Shown: positions 50,653 through 64,000 of the stretch, piece after piece
Numbering within the stretch: position 1 is the first letter of the stretch
Layout: every line of letters begins with the position of its first letter
Assembly: GCA_002633005.1 (NCBI GenBank)
Contig: NMRA01000707.1
Location: 84,478 to 148,477 of the forward strand
Direction: 5' to 3'
DNA: 64,000 nt
From: Phoronis australis
Lineage: Eukaryota > Animalia > Phoronida
Notes under the pieces: model-generated
Told to the model about the DNA's origin: nothing
The model's input: the letters and a program-made list of their open reading frames with translations, nothing else
Database searches by the model: none
Made by a program: the position numbers and the translations under genes

Positions 50653-51804
50653 TTTTCATTTGGTGACATCAGTGGTACTTGAACTGCAGGACTTCTTAGG
50701 AAAATGATAATTCACAGGAAAACCAAATATTTTAATTTTATTACATTCTATGTACTATGAAATGAACAAATTTTTTGAAAAACAATTTTGAGCACTTTAG
50801 ATATCAAGACTGAGGATTTTAACTGATAAGTTGTGCCTGCTGCAAGTGTTCCCTTTGTCTGAGGTGCCTGTAAACATTGGCTCATTGCTGTATGTAGACA
50901 TAAAGTACCGTCGGTAGCTTTGGAGACATATGTCGATCATAAAACTATCTATTTTACTAAGACCGTCAAACTTACAAATAAGTTTCAGAGTCTAAAATTA
51001 GGCTTCAGCTGAGATTCGCACGCTCAAATTGGGTAAGTTTTCTGTGTTTTTGCTTCTTTGACCCCGTTATCCTCATAAATTTTAGCAATTCCAATTTCTA
51101 TTTCTTATTATTACTGTGACCATGGATGACTTAATCTCAAACACAAACTATTTCACTGTCCAACAGCTTCTATATTTTTACAATACCACAAAAATGAGAT
51201 TTGGTGTTAAAATTTGACTGTTGTGACGGACTTTAAAGCAACTTGTCAGAGTAGGAAGTGTTGAAACTACATTTTAGTAATATAAAATATGAAAGTAAAC
51301 TGCAGCGCATAGTATGATCAAAAATCCGTGACATAGGGTATATCACCCATTTATGGCTTTTCTCTGGTCTGAATATTGCTCTGGAAACTGTCTTATTTTC
51401 TCTTCGGAATGTGTGAATGGATGAGCTTATGAAAACTTGCGTTTATTGCACTGTAATCATGATATGAATAAAATAATGAAAAGAAAATTATAAGAGATTG
51501 CGGTTCTATTATGGGTGTGCGGTCTGTATTCGTCTTTTATCCGTTTAATTCATAAAGCGTACTTAGTCGGCACGCATCTGTTTGCAAATTTTATAATGAA
51601 CATGTCACGGTTTGCTCCGTGGATGGGCGGACACAGGTTATCGCTGACCGGTGTTTAGTAGCTTTCGGTGCGACGATAGACTGAAGACTGGTTCGAGTTG
51701 ATCACTTTATTACTTTCGGCCTCACGTACTCAAGTCTACTCAGAAAAAACGTACTACGACGTAATATCTGATCTATGCTCCAGCTAGTGCTGCAAAACTT
51801 TGAC

Positions 51805-51954
51805 CAGGGGGCCATCCAGAATTTTGAGTTGGGGGTCGGGGCACAGTATCAGCCAGTATTTTGCACGTCAGACATTTACACCCCGACGTTCCAAATTCAA
51901 TCAGAGAATTGTAGGGGGCATGGCCCTCTTGGCCCTTTTCTAAATCCGCTACTG
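51805..51954 (+). repeat. Short CAGGGGCGGATCCAG-type hairpin element (second copy at 50189-50260)
   Basis: ccagggggccatccagaattttgagttgggg ... taaatccgctactgg, versus caggggcggatccaggattttgagttgggg. Confidence 0.65.
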
Positions 51955-54900
51955 GTAAATCGTTGCAGGTATTCTGCTGCGGAATCCCTACGAGCTAAGT
52001 AACTGACGTCATTACTGGGATTTCAAAATTGGACGCCGTATTGGCCTAGTCACTGGAAATCGTTTGTTTATGTTAAATACATTTAATGCATTTATTTTCA
52101 TTTGAGTGCAAAGTAGCCCGTTTCGATCAACTGCGTATCGCTTAACAACTGGCTCGCACTTGACAATTTGCATGAAAAATCAGGTGGTTTTTTTCACTCT
52201 GAAAAAAATCATGAATCACCATGTGACAAACGTAAACTCTAGAAAACTAGCCAAGGTCATGTGAACAATAAAAAATGCAAATAATAAATGGAAAACAAAA
52301 CGTGTTAAAAATTAATTTTCCTAAGTGCATTCCGTGATACCTAGCCGTGTTATTGTCTACTTAAGATTTTTTGCCGGCCATCAATAACAATAGACTCATC
52401 TTGTTTCTAGTGTATAGCCGGAGACGACGAGAGCCTATTAAATTCACTGACGATAATAAATGGCTAGTTCAAAAAACCGATAGAGTTCACATCTGCTTTA
52501 GCTTGTTTATTACTTCACCTTTGATAAAAAATTAATCAAAGTAACGGTGTTGATATACCACGAACCCAGTTTAACAAAATCAGGGCATGTAATTACTTGC
52601 TTTGAACTTTCTTTTTAGAACCTGTGGAATTGAAAAGAATAAATTTTAATGAAAGATATTGTTACGCCGTACCTGTGCAGCTCTCGCATTACACACAACA
52701 CAAGTCGGGGCTGAACTCGAAAGATATGCCAGTGTAGGGGGTCAAAGGGGGGCAACGTGACTAAAGTGTTATCAAAATAAAATGTGTTGAACAATTCTGA
52801 TTTAAAAATGAACGTATGAACGTGCCATGGAAGTGTCTTAGCGCACTGACCTTACCGAACACTACGTCCACACTCAATATTTAATATCCTACGAAACAAA
52901 GGATGTAAACAATATCTCCAGTCCCGGGACCCAATTCTAGGCTGGGCCACACCTCCAGTCCGCATCTGGAGTTCATATGCAAGCCATAAGAGTCTGCGGG
53001 TTCTCGGGAGCTGGAATGATCGTCCTGCGTGGGCGTTTAGGTTAGAGATGCGGGTCGACTCGGAGAAATTTGTACCGCTGGTTCGGTGTCTCTTGTCCCG
53101 GGACTGTAGGCATAGTCGTTTAAAGGGCCACAGCTGGAATGTTAGTGAAAGAGGAACACATGGCGATGTTACCAGATTAAGCGTACATTGCAACCTAGCT
53201 TTAGCACTTGAACACACGTTTAATTGGTTTTCAAGAGTGGATAAGGTACTAACCTGAGCCACTGTTGTTTTGCCTCATGAGACGCCTTTGTTTAGAAGTT
53301 CAATGAAATATGCGCAACCTGAGCTTCGTCGTCATAGAGGGAAGAGGATTTGTGACTCGTTCGAGTGTTTTTTGGTGATAACTAGGCAGTCCCAGGCCAC
53401 AAACTTAATCCGGTACCAAATCCTAACCCCTCCTAGCGAATGGTTGACACACTTCGTCAGTAATTATATAAAGATGGACATCATCAGCTCCTTCGAATCA
53501 GGCTGTTCACAAGTATTTTGGAATGTTGGACTTCTTGGCGCGAAAAACTTAATTACTACCCGTCTGTATAACAGTTGTTATCTGACCATATTTTTATTGC
53601 AGAAACCCCAAGAGCTCTGAATCGACGTAGATCATTAATTGCAGGTGGCACTGCGAGTTGTCCACCAAGTCCCCTATCGCCATCTAGCGAGAAAACATAT
53701 TTCTTTGCCAGTCCGCTGCATCGGAAATGTATTTGTATTGAGTGACAAGTGAGTTAATAATTTAGTTTCGTTAAACGTTTCAGGAGGAACTGTCGCTCTT
53801 TGAGATTATTTTGTTCACTGAGGTGTTTTAGAACAGGATACTGATTGTCAGCAACAGCAAGAGTGGAAAAGAAATTGTTTGAACGCAAAAAGTTTTCACG
53901 ATTAATAATTCAACGATATTCACTTGCGCTCTTTGTATCGTTGACGGTCGTTGGCACCGCAACAAAAAAGGAAAAAAGACGACCAAGAGACATAACAAAA
54001 ATTATCAACAAAATGAGGTTTTTGAGTGAACTTACTCTAATTTTGCTATTAACTTGGATCCCGTTTTGTACTTTTCATAAAGTCATTTGCAAAACACCTG
54101 GGAAGTTTGCTGTAATTCCCGATAAACGTGGCTTAGGAAATGATGTTCTTGAACAAGTCGGACATGTTGCTCTATTCGGATAGGAATATTGCATGGTGCC
54201 CAAGCGGCGCATTGTACTTCCACGATTAGAGAGCGTTTAGCGAGCAGACATGCATATGTAGCCGTACCCAAATTTCTCCTAAGAAAACTTTCGTACTGAC
54301 GATCAGATTCGAACGAAAGGCGTGTGCTCCAGATTCTTCTACATGTAAATACTCAAATTGATTTTACATCGATGTAACAACGAACTCTTTGACGATCATT
54401 AAGATATTGAAGGTTACATTTAATGTAATCTCATCAGGTTAACTCAAGTGAAACCTTTGTGACATGGAACTTTACTGTTGGTATCAATGAATAAGAATCC
54501 ATGACAACATCGGAAGTGCGCATGTTCAATTTAGATGTACATGTGGTAAAGCTCATCAACGGACTTGCTCCGTCTGCTCTGTCGCAACACGTTTTAAGAA
54601 TAGAAGGTCGCGAGACAGTGTACATGTATATGCTTTACTCATGAAGAGGAGTCTACACGTAAGCAGAAGGTTGGTGTAGTCGGATATGGATAAATTTACA
54701 TGTACAGTACACTCGGCTATAAACCAGACATTCACCACAGAAACCAACTTATTATTTACACAATTTACCGTTGTCAAATTGGTTTCAAGCTGCTCCTTAG
54801 TCAAAGTACATGTGACTTTTTGGGCTACAGTGGAAATAGGTTGCTTTACACCAGGGAGACCGGAGTCTAATCACTGTACTCGAAAACGCACTCAAAATTA

Positions 54901-56965
54901 TTTTTCTCGTACCGTGGTTAACTTTTCATGTCCGATGACTCCAACATCAACGCTGTAAGTTCGAGTCAGAACTCGAAATGCTGTGTTTTCACTCGAAATC
55001 TCACGCCTTTACTCAATTTTGTAACTTGCAACTAGAGACCATTAAGTGTGAACACGGAGTAGATAGTTATTGGCAACAAACATCATTCCTTTGATGAAAC
55101 CCGGGTAAAGTTGCCTTAGGTGCTTTTTAAAATGACCCTTTATTGCAACTGTTTGGAGTTTCAGTGTGAAGCTGGGATTTGAGTACCACAACTCTAATTT
55201 CTAGCAACGTTATTAATACCATGCAAGTTTACGCTAGCTTTTCGATTACGTTTGCGATCATAGACTATTTTCAGATGTCTTTCTACCTTATTGGCGCACC
55301 TTAGCAAAGTTTGGCCGCCATAGAAGATATTGGGCATAGGGATATAAATAATGAATAATAAATAAAGCTCACCATTTCTGTTCCAATAAACCAAATCTCG
55401 GTTGCAAACGTATCGCAATTACATGTACATGTACCTGTAGCTTGGCGAAACGCGACCCATTGTTATCATATTGAAAATGGGTGTCACAAAACTTGTCAGT
55501 TTTGGGTTCGTTCGTTCACGAGATTCATTTTTAAAGCTTCGGTTAGCACTGTTTAACAAGTTAAAAACTGAAACCGATTTATTTTCCCTCATAAAATCAG
55601 TTTTGCAATACTCCATTTGGTTGTAGAATTCTATATCCGTTATCAACACAAGTTATAGTCATTTAGGAATTCGCAATTTTAGGGTTGGCCATTACCCATA
55701 CCAAATGACGTCGTACGGATTTCGCAAACTATTGTTTTACTTGCGAGATCCATACGACGGGCGTAAGCTCGTCGCATGCCCATCGCCTATGGGACGCTAA
55801 CATTGTTTTACTTTATTACGTCTTCGTTGGATATAACAACAGGTCCCACGGACATCGTATCTTGAGCGCCCATCAGCCGGTTACCGAAAAATGCTTACCA
55901 CTATCTTTATTATAAGAAAGAAAAACAAAGTGAACAATAGATACATGTACGTCCAAATACCGATACTATTCGAGGAGCTAGTTTGTCGTGGGAACCTAAT
56001 CAAATTCGGAGCATTTTCTTGATATTCTGATGCTTTCGATATTCTTGGTGATAAATAATTAGAATCCTATCACGGCAAAGAATATTACCAGATCGATTTA
56101 ATGAGAGTAAAATGCCTTATTCGATTGTTATTTTTAGCCACTAAACCGGGCAAAATGTTGCTTTAAAGTGCGATTCGTGTTTGAAATGTATTTGACCACA
56201 AAGCAAAGAAAAAAAACATCAATATTCATAGTCGACGTTTTAATTTAATTCCATTATCGTAATTGGGAAAATATCTCTTGAACAACCCGAACGCGACGTC
56301 ATGAAAGGATTGGTTGGACGAGGCCTGAATGTTGAACTGGATTACAAGAGTAAACTCGTAGACAAGCCAAAAAGTTTTGCGTCGCAAGTCTCGTGAGTGC
56401 CTCGCGTTTACGGAATGTAGCCCAGATAAGTTGTGTATCTTGGCCATTTCATTCTTCGCTCGGTGAGGACCAAACCGTCACATACTTCCACGGCAGCGCC
56501 ATATCACTGAATCGACGTCTTTTCGGACATCGTTCCTGATGATAATTTCGTGATTGACGACAAATGCTTCTGGGTTTTAACATTATTTGTCTTCGTCTCA
56601 GTACCACACTTCCAGTACGCACAGACACAATTTTCACGCTGTTTACGCATAGAAATCCTTGAACGTGATTAACAACGATCTAGAAAACAACTAGATATCC
56701 ATCATCGAGTTTTAGTGTCCATGTCACTAAAGTAGTTCTCACACCCATCTCAAAAAAATATTCGGAACCGATTATGTGTTATAGCCAACGATCTTAGTAA
56801 GAATAACAACGACGGCAGTGTCGCAATTGAGACATGTTTTTACCAAAGCAGTTTGTTTTCACTCGCCCTCAGCCCGTTTTGTAAACTGAAGGCGGTATCC
56901 CGCTGTTCTGAGAATGAGCTTGTTATATATTAGGAGGCAGGGCCTTATCACAAGTATATATGTAC

Positions 56966-57268
56966 TTGGCGTGCGTTCAGTTGACGCTAGGACATACGGT
57001 ACGATCTAGCTAAGACCTAGTCAAAGTCACGTGCTCTCATTTAAAATGCAAGGCAATATCTCACGTAATCTCGCGAAGTCTTGCTTTTTAGCGAGGTCCT
57101 AGCTTTACTGAACGGGATGCTTTTCAGTTGGCGCTAGGACCTACGGTAGGACCTAGCTAATACCTAGTCAAAGTCACGTGTTATTATTCAAAATACACGG
57201 CAATATCTCACGTAATCTCGCGAAGTCTTGCTTTTTAGCGAGGTCCCAGCGTTACTGAACAGGAGGCT
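56966..57268 (+). repeat. Two tandem family-2 ~150-bp units
   Basis: cctagtcaaagtcacgtg..caatatctcacgtaatctcgcgaagtcttgctttttagcgaggtcc occurs twice. Confidence 0.9.
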
Positions 57269-59332
57269 GGACTTTGCTGTTTGGGAAGTAATTTCACCAA
57301 CCTACTTTGTTCCTGTTTTTGTACAGTTCATGCTCATGTTTGCATTGTATTCTTTTTCGGATTACAATGGAAACAAGACTCAGAGTATTTGTGCTATCTG
57401 CGTTTCCCCCTGTACTTTTATTCACTTTCATTCGTTTTGTAATTTTTCTTCTCTGTAATTGTGTCAGATAAATAAAAGAAAGGCACGTGGTCGTTGTTTG
57501 ACAAGTAAACTACTGGAGCGTTCTCTAGAATCAGCCGTATAAGCGTGAAGTGGATCGATAATGAATGTGGATTTAATTGCTCATGTTTTATTGTTCCGTT
57601 TATAATGAAACTATCTATATGTATCTAAATAACACGGTAGATCATCGTCATGATATCGATTCCGGCCGTGTACGTTCGCAGGGTTCAAGGTGTGCCTAGT
57701 GGCTGAAGCCAGTCAAATTCTTTGCCTTCCTGATTATGAGGTCGGTTGCAAGCACAACCCGTCCGCATACCTCCTCAGCAATCAATCCCTAAACTCGTAT
57801 TACTGCACCCATGCACAGAAGTTGAGTTCCAAGACAAGGTACATGTATCCGAAAGCCCTGATTAGACACTCTGACTGCTGAAAACACGTCCGTGCACAAT
57901 TGGTATTATTTTGAGAACGCTGTGACATTCAGAAGCCAGACCTTCAAAACAAAATCACATTTACTCATATTCCTTGCTATCCATGTTGGATTTGAAGTAT
58001 GGCGAGCTGGCCACGAACTAGTCAGGAAGTGCACCCTAGAGGTGATAAATTTATAGCCTCAATTCAAAAATAACCAATTATACTTGTCAGCTTTAAATTG
58101 GCACAGTGCGTTCCTGTGTCCACATTTTTCCAATGCGACCATCAAGAATGTTCACTGGCTCGTATTACACTTAGAGAAAAGACGCTCATTTCGATGACAG
58201 GCCAACTATTACAAGTGTTTTTTCAATATTGCTCAGTGATTTAAACTTGAGCTGATCGCAAGACATCCTCACGTCAAAATCCGCCAAAAAGAACTGACGC
58301 GAGTAGAAGAGTAAAATGTTGCTGTTACCATAAGAGATCTACCGCTGGTAACTTGTTGAAGAGCTCCACCTGTTATTGACGAATTAATAGCCTCAAACCC
58401 AGAGATACCTAATCTATTAAACGATCGACACGTTTTCCAGTTTGAGATTGACAGTTTCCAGTGTTCAGGACTGAATTGTGAATAGGTTTTTTTTCTTTTT
58501 CCTTATTTCTTACGGCTATTCAGGACATGAACCACACTCAAAACAGCATTTTAGCGCAGGAGGTTCACAGCAATGGACATCTCCTCAGGCACCTTTCGAA
58601 CGATGAGTTCTTTTTCCATCAAAAAGGTTAATACTCAAACCACGGGGTGTTTTTGAGAGATAAACCATTGTTGTTTCTGAGAGAAACAACATCCATTTCG
58701 CTACAGGACAGTTCACGAGGGTCCTGCCATACCGAAGTCAGTAAAGACAAAATCGACCAAACGCAAACTCCGTAAGCGTACACGACGAGCTAAGGTGGTT
58801 GTAAATCTACCAGGAGCACGAGAGCAAGCTACCGCGGGCACTAGAGTGGATTTTAATTGCACTTATTATCACGCGGTTCAGGGCATTAGGACATGTCGTG
58901 CATGACCAAGGTTGACTTGAAATAACTATCTGCGTTTACACACACAGCAAGAAACCGGCCAACGGAACTGGGGTAAGATAAGAATTAGTCACGTCGCACA
59001 TCCATCGAACACTACGGGTAACTCGATAGAATTCTGCCCCCGATGCGTTTGTACGTATTAACACCATTTTACATGTACATATCTACAACAAAGATCCGTT
59101 TTATCTCACGTATCGAAAGACCCCCGCCGTGAGATCTCGCGATATGTCACAAGTACTTAATCACAGCAGCAGAAACGGTGGTATTAACGTTTCCACAGCA
59201 ATCTCAGTCATTTAACGAGTCACGTGTTACCAATCGGATGCGTTACTTGCGTGGATAGCTTTTAGTGCAATGGCTGAAATGGAAAGAGTGTGCAAGAATA
59301 CGACAGAAACAATTTCCGCTGGGCAATGGTCC

Positions 59333-59466
59333 AGGCGTGCTTTCAGTAACACTAGGACCTACGCTAGGACCTAGCAAAATCTTGCAAAGTTAAGTGATCT
59401 CATTTAAAATACACGGCAATATCTCACGCAATCTCGCCAAGTCCTACCGTTACTGAACGGGAGGCA
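59333..59466 (+). repeat. Family-2 unit
   Basis: ctaggacctacgctaggacctagc..cacggcaatatctcacgcaatctcgc..ttactgaacgggaggc. Confidence 0.85.
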
Positions 59467-60080
59467 GGTTTATAACTAAATGCCGTTGTCACGATTGCAG
59501 TAAACCGTGGGGAGTATGTTTCCGTATCATGGGGTGGGTTGGAAGTGTCACAAACACTAACATCCACACACCAACGCAAAACACCCGGATAAAAGGGAAG
59601 TGGATACCCTAGACCTGCAACATCATCAAGTCACCTTTCGCCACTTTAAAACCTCGACCATCGTCGATTTCGCCGTTCACCCACCAGAGACACTACGGGA
59701 CCTAAGTCCAAATACCACACCAACACAGTATCGCCAGTTAAAAGTCAAGATAGTTTGACAACAAAGTAAAGGACAGGGTACATCCGAGCTATTCTGCGGT
59801 ATTTTTGACGGGCAATGCAGCTGAAAAATTTTCAATATTCCAACCATTCGAAAAGTGAACATGGCAATAAGAGACCCACTTGAAGGGAGCCTCCATGAAA
59901 ACCCCGCCTTTAGAGTTGCATGTATGTTTCAGAAGCACCAACCATTTGTGGGGCTTGATTCTTTTAACCTGAACATTCCACAGGTTTTCGTGGACAGATG
60001 GATTTTTAAACAGTTTAGCTTTATAAAGAAGAAAAGAATATGCCATTTAAAGAAGTACAATCAATGAACGAATGACGTAA

Positions 60081-60113
<33 letters not shown>

Positions 60114-63100
60114 CCAACGTGGTCCTTCGTGTGTTGTTGGAAAGCAGCCTTATACTTGGCAGTGGTGTGAACTTCTAAAGTGAACGCTTTTGGAGGGAAT
60201 TGTGGTGGCAAAAAGGACCCTTTCGAAGGATATTTTGTCAGAAAAGGACCACGTAATAGTGGAATTGGTCGTGAAAATTGCACAGTTCTAACTGGCACGC
60301 TCCGTTATGCCTTTTCATGGGAGTATCCGCGATCAAAGTACCCACGCGCTGAGTCAGCGGCACGTCTCTGCATGGGGGCTGGCGGCGGTCGGGTACTGCA
60401 TGTACACCTACATGTACCATGCAAGTTAGTCGGCAACTTGGAGATCGCAACTCCAACTGCCAAATAGTCGAGATACTTTAATTTTTGACGCAAGCTACAT
60501 GTAATCCTTGACAACCGCTCTTGAGACCAACCTGCCTGACCCAAATCACAACGCTGTAGGCCTATCTCGTTGCATTAATTATATCCGTTAACAACACCAT
60601 CCTGTTGTCATAGTCACCTAAAACCTTTCACTTTACCGCTGAGAGCGCTTTTCCTCATAGTAAAGGTTAATTATGTTAATTCCGGTATTGAGATGCCACT
60701 GAAGTAGCGGCTTACGTAGACGGATATCAGAAAAACAAACCCTCATGAATTCGCGGAGATGCCCACTCGGACGATATAACCAAGATTGAGTAACCATGAC
60801 AACAGCGCGAAGAAGTAACGCTAGAGAAGTCGAAGAAAAGTTCAAGACCTTTTGAATCTTGAGTTATAAATACATGCGTGTGCATGTATTCGACCCTTAA
60901 AATCGACGTTGAAATTAACCTTCTCTACACGTGCCTGAAGAGTTATTTTTTACATTCCTTAAATAACAAAGAACAAAAATGAGCAGTTCATGACTGAACT
61001 GGGGAAATTTAAAGTTAACTAATCATTACTTGTGTTCACTATGACCAGCTAGCGTTAAGGCGCCCAAGTGGCGACATATAAAGCTTACAATTATCGGCGA
61101 AAGCAGTCCCAATCCTCCAGTGAATTGGTTTGTAATTGCTTGAAACGGATGCCAACTGTATAAAATTATTTTTAGATTAACCAGACCCAAAGTTATAATA
61201 TTTTGAAACATGATACACGCTGTCTTATCAGCTAAAAAGCAGAGAGTAAGCCGCTGCTGGTCGGCAAGCCAGTAGACCTAAACACAGTGCCTCGAGCATG
61301 TTCAACTCGACGTTTCGGTTTCTGACATATTTTATGGATTATGGTGAATTTTATTGCACAGTTTAACACGAGCGTCATTCCCTTTTCGAACCCTTTGTTT
61401 TTCTATGTGCCTGTTATAACGTTCCTGGACCGTGTAGAAAGCGTCACAGGAAGGTAAATATAGTGATATTTGCCTGACGTCTGTGACTTCGCAAGTTTTA
61501 AAAAGTAGGCCTGCGTGGAACTTTAAGGGACTTGCTCGGTTTTACTGAGAATGAAAAAACGGGGCACGTGAAGGAATACGTTCTCGATGGGTTAACTTTT
61601 TGAAGTTATTAACTCGGCCGGAGCTGTAAAACAACATGTTTTTCGTATATTTAATTTAAATCGTCATCCCTCACCATTGGCTGCCGGTCATTCACATAAG
61701 TCAAAGTCGGCGTCTTTCCTAATTCAACACACTTAGGTTGCATACAGTAGGACCGTATCGACATGTTTTTGTGTTTAGCCAAACATCAACAAAGTTTATA
61801 TTTTAACTCAGTAAAAGAGCACACTTTCTGAAAATGAAATCCTGTAGAAATTGAGTTTTGGCTTACCAACACTCTATCTTCAACTACATGCGACCATGTC
61901 TTTTTGTTAAAACTTAACAAAAATGTACACCGATAACAAAAAACGGTATCAACAAATTGACCGAATTTCATAAAAATGTTCGGGATGAAATTTCAAAAAT
62001 GCTGTTCGAGTTATCTAAGTTATTATTGCTTTTTCGTTTCATCACGTTTGATTTCCGATATTTGAGAATCGTAAAAGCCAAAGTGGAAAAGCGAAGCATT
62101 TTAAAAACAATTCCCTACTGTGTAATGGAGAACGGGCTCCTGGGCATGTGTCGCGTTTGATGGGTTCAGGATGGTAACTTCTGTGTTAACTTACACACGG
62201 ATATTTTCGTAGCCTGAAATTACCTCTCTGAAATGAACGTTATCTGCGCATGTGCAAATTTCAGTCATTTTTATGTTAAGTCATGTGACTGAAACTGTAG
62301 AATCTTATGATTGGCCGTGTGACTGAAGCTCGCACATGCGTAGAAAACGTGTGCCTCATACAGGAGGCCGTAGTCATAGGGGTAGCGGAACAGGAATAGG
62401 ATGAAGAATAGAGGGAAAAAGAAAAGGATGAATTTTGAAGATAAGATCCAAATTACAGATTGGAAATCATAAACACAGGCATTTAAATGTAATATTGAAT
62501 TGCATTCGGGGGTCACAGTCTGTCTCTTTGCTAAGAATGGATGCTTGCTTTCTGAAGAAGTCGTGTAGCTGCGATCGGTTGTTTGATTGGCAAATTTGCT
62601 TTTGCTACATGTAATACTGTAGACAGTGGCCGCACAAAGATAATATTCAAATCACCGTGTCAATCATGTGGTTCAGTTTATCTGTCAAAACGCCACAGAA
62701 CAGACGACATCTTTAAAGCGTCAGTTGAAATTAAGCGAAATGTCGGACACATATGTATATGTATTTCGTTCGAGTTAATTTTTTTTGCAAAGTAATACCT
62801 GAGTAACCCGCAATTGAAGGATCACCCTAAAGTTTTTCAAAAGTGTTGAGAACACTGGACTTAACCCTTCTCCCAAGAGAACATCGGGTGAATTTCCAAA
62901 GGCGTTCTTAGGCTATCTTAACGTATGATCCAGCTGACAATCCTTCCCCATAGCATACGTGTACGTTTCGAAAGCTTTAGCAAATGCGAACAACTATGCT
63001 TCTGGTCAACCCTAGTTCATGGGAAAGTATGAAAGCCCAGTTTTAAACCAGATGAACATACATGTATACACGTATGGGGCCATAATTTAATGTCTACAAT

Positions 63101-64000
63101 GACAGCCGTGGCAAATAATTTTGCTTCTTGTTTAGCTTTAGACAGGCAAACTAACATGAGTGCAAAATCGTTATTATCTTTTAAACAGATGTTTGCAGTA
63201 TTTTGCCTTATGTAACTGATTTTGTTTCAGTACAGTATTACACCAAAAGTCGGAAACGACTCGATGGTTTGAATGCGCACACATTGTAATTGAGCTCATT
63301 AATATTCATGAAGATGCATATTAGGATCATTTATGACTCATTTCTGAGCATTGAAAAACAATTGCCTTGAAAGTTACGATTTTCATGAGTTTACAAGACG
63401 GCCAAACATTTTTTCCTAATGAAAACATGCAAGGAACATTGGTGATTTTGTTAGTCGGAAGACATGATCATTTTTATGATCGGAGATGATTGTTACTTAA
63501 TATCGTTTGCTTTAAAACAATCAAAACACAGTTGTGTTATCTAGTATCACGAGAAATGTCCTCCACTAACACTGAGTCACATCAAAAAGGGTTACTTAAC
63601 TAAGCATCAAACAGCACATACCAACGAGGTGCAAATTGAAGTCATTCGCTATACTTGGCACAGGTTAAGAAAACAGATTTAATAGTAAAATTGAAATAAA
63701 TCAAAATCGTGTACGGGTAATCGTTCGGTTCCAATTAAAAGTTCAAAAACCCTATTTAAGTAAACAGCGAACATTTTGAAGTTTCATTTTCAGCACAAAG
63801 TTGTGTTCAGCACTGGTGCACGTAGCGTCGTGCTTCAGACTCATATTCACACTAACTGTCGGCCAGTTACTTAGCGTAGTATAATCCAATCCACATGACA
63901 TTTTTATTTTATTCAGTTATCGTACAAGTGTACTGTGCAAGGTAATTAGTGAACCAGCCATTGACAGGGTGTAGTTAAACTCTCTACGAAACTAAGGGCA

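Overview
Eukaryotic (invertebrate bilaterian, probably lophotrochozoan; taxon is inference) genomic DNA, intron-rich and repeat-rich, with one assembly gap (32037-32506). Most six-frame ORFs are noise; the genes had to be rebuilt from splice sites. (1) Two tandem minus-strand paralogues (A ~1591-6396, B ~9869-17025) encode secreted precursors: signal peptide, acidic propeptide ending in a furin site (RERR / RSRR), four one-exon 6-Cys modules (C-x12-23-C-x11-12-C-x8-CC-x-[TS]-x4-C, PLAC/ShKT-like but not canonical) and a C-terminal -IGR* amidation signal. B appears to carry an in-frame TGA just after its signal peptide. (2) A plus-strand AKAP7-like 2H phosphodiesterase gene (~23789-34154, two HxT motifs). 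Its last intron holds a ~452-bp higher-order tandem array rich in same-orientation CTCF-like motifs. (3) The last exon of a minus-strand PRXamide/pyrokinin/neuromedin-U-type GPCR (42059-42606); its upstream exons were not found in the window. (4) Many mobile remnants: a deleted Polinton/Maverick with a pPolB relic inside an intron of gene B, several MITE families (some nested), a LINE 3' fragment and SINE-like heads. All calls come from reading by eye; no database searches were run.
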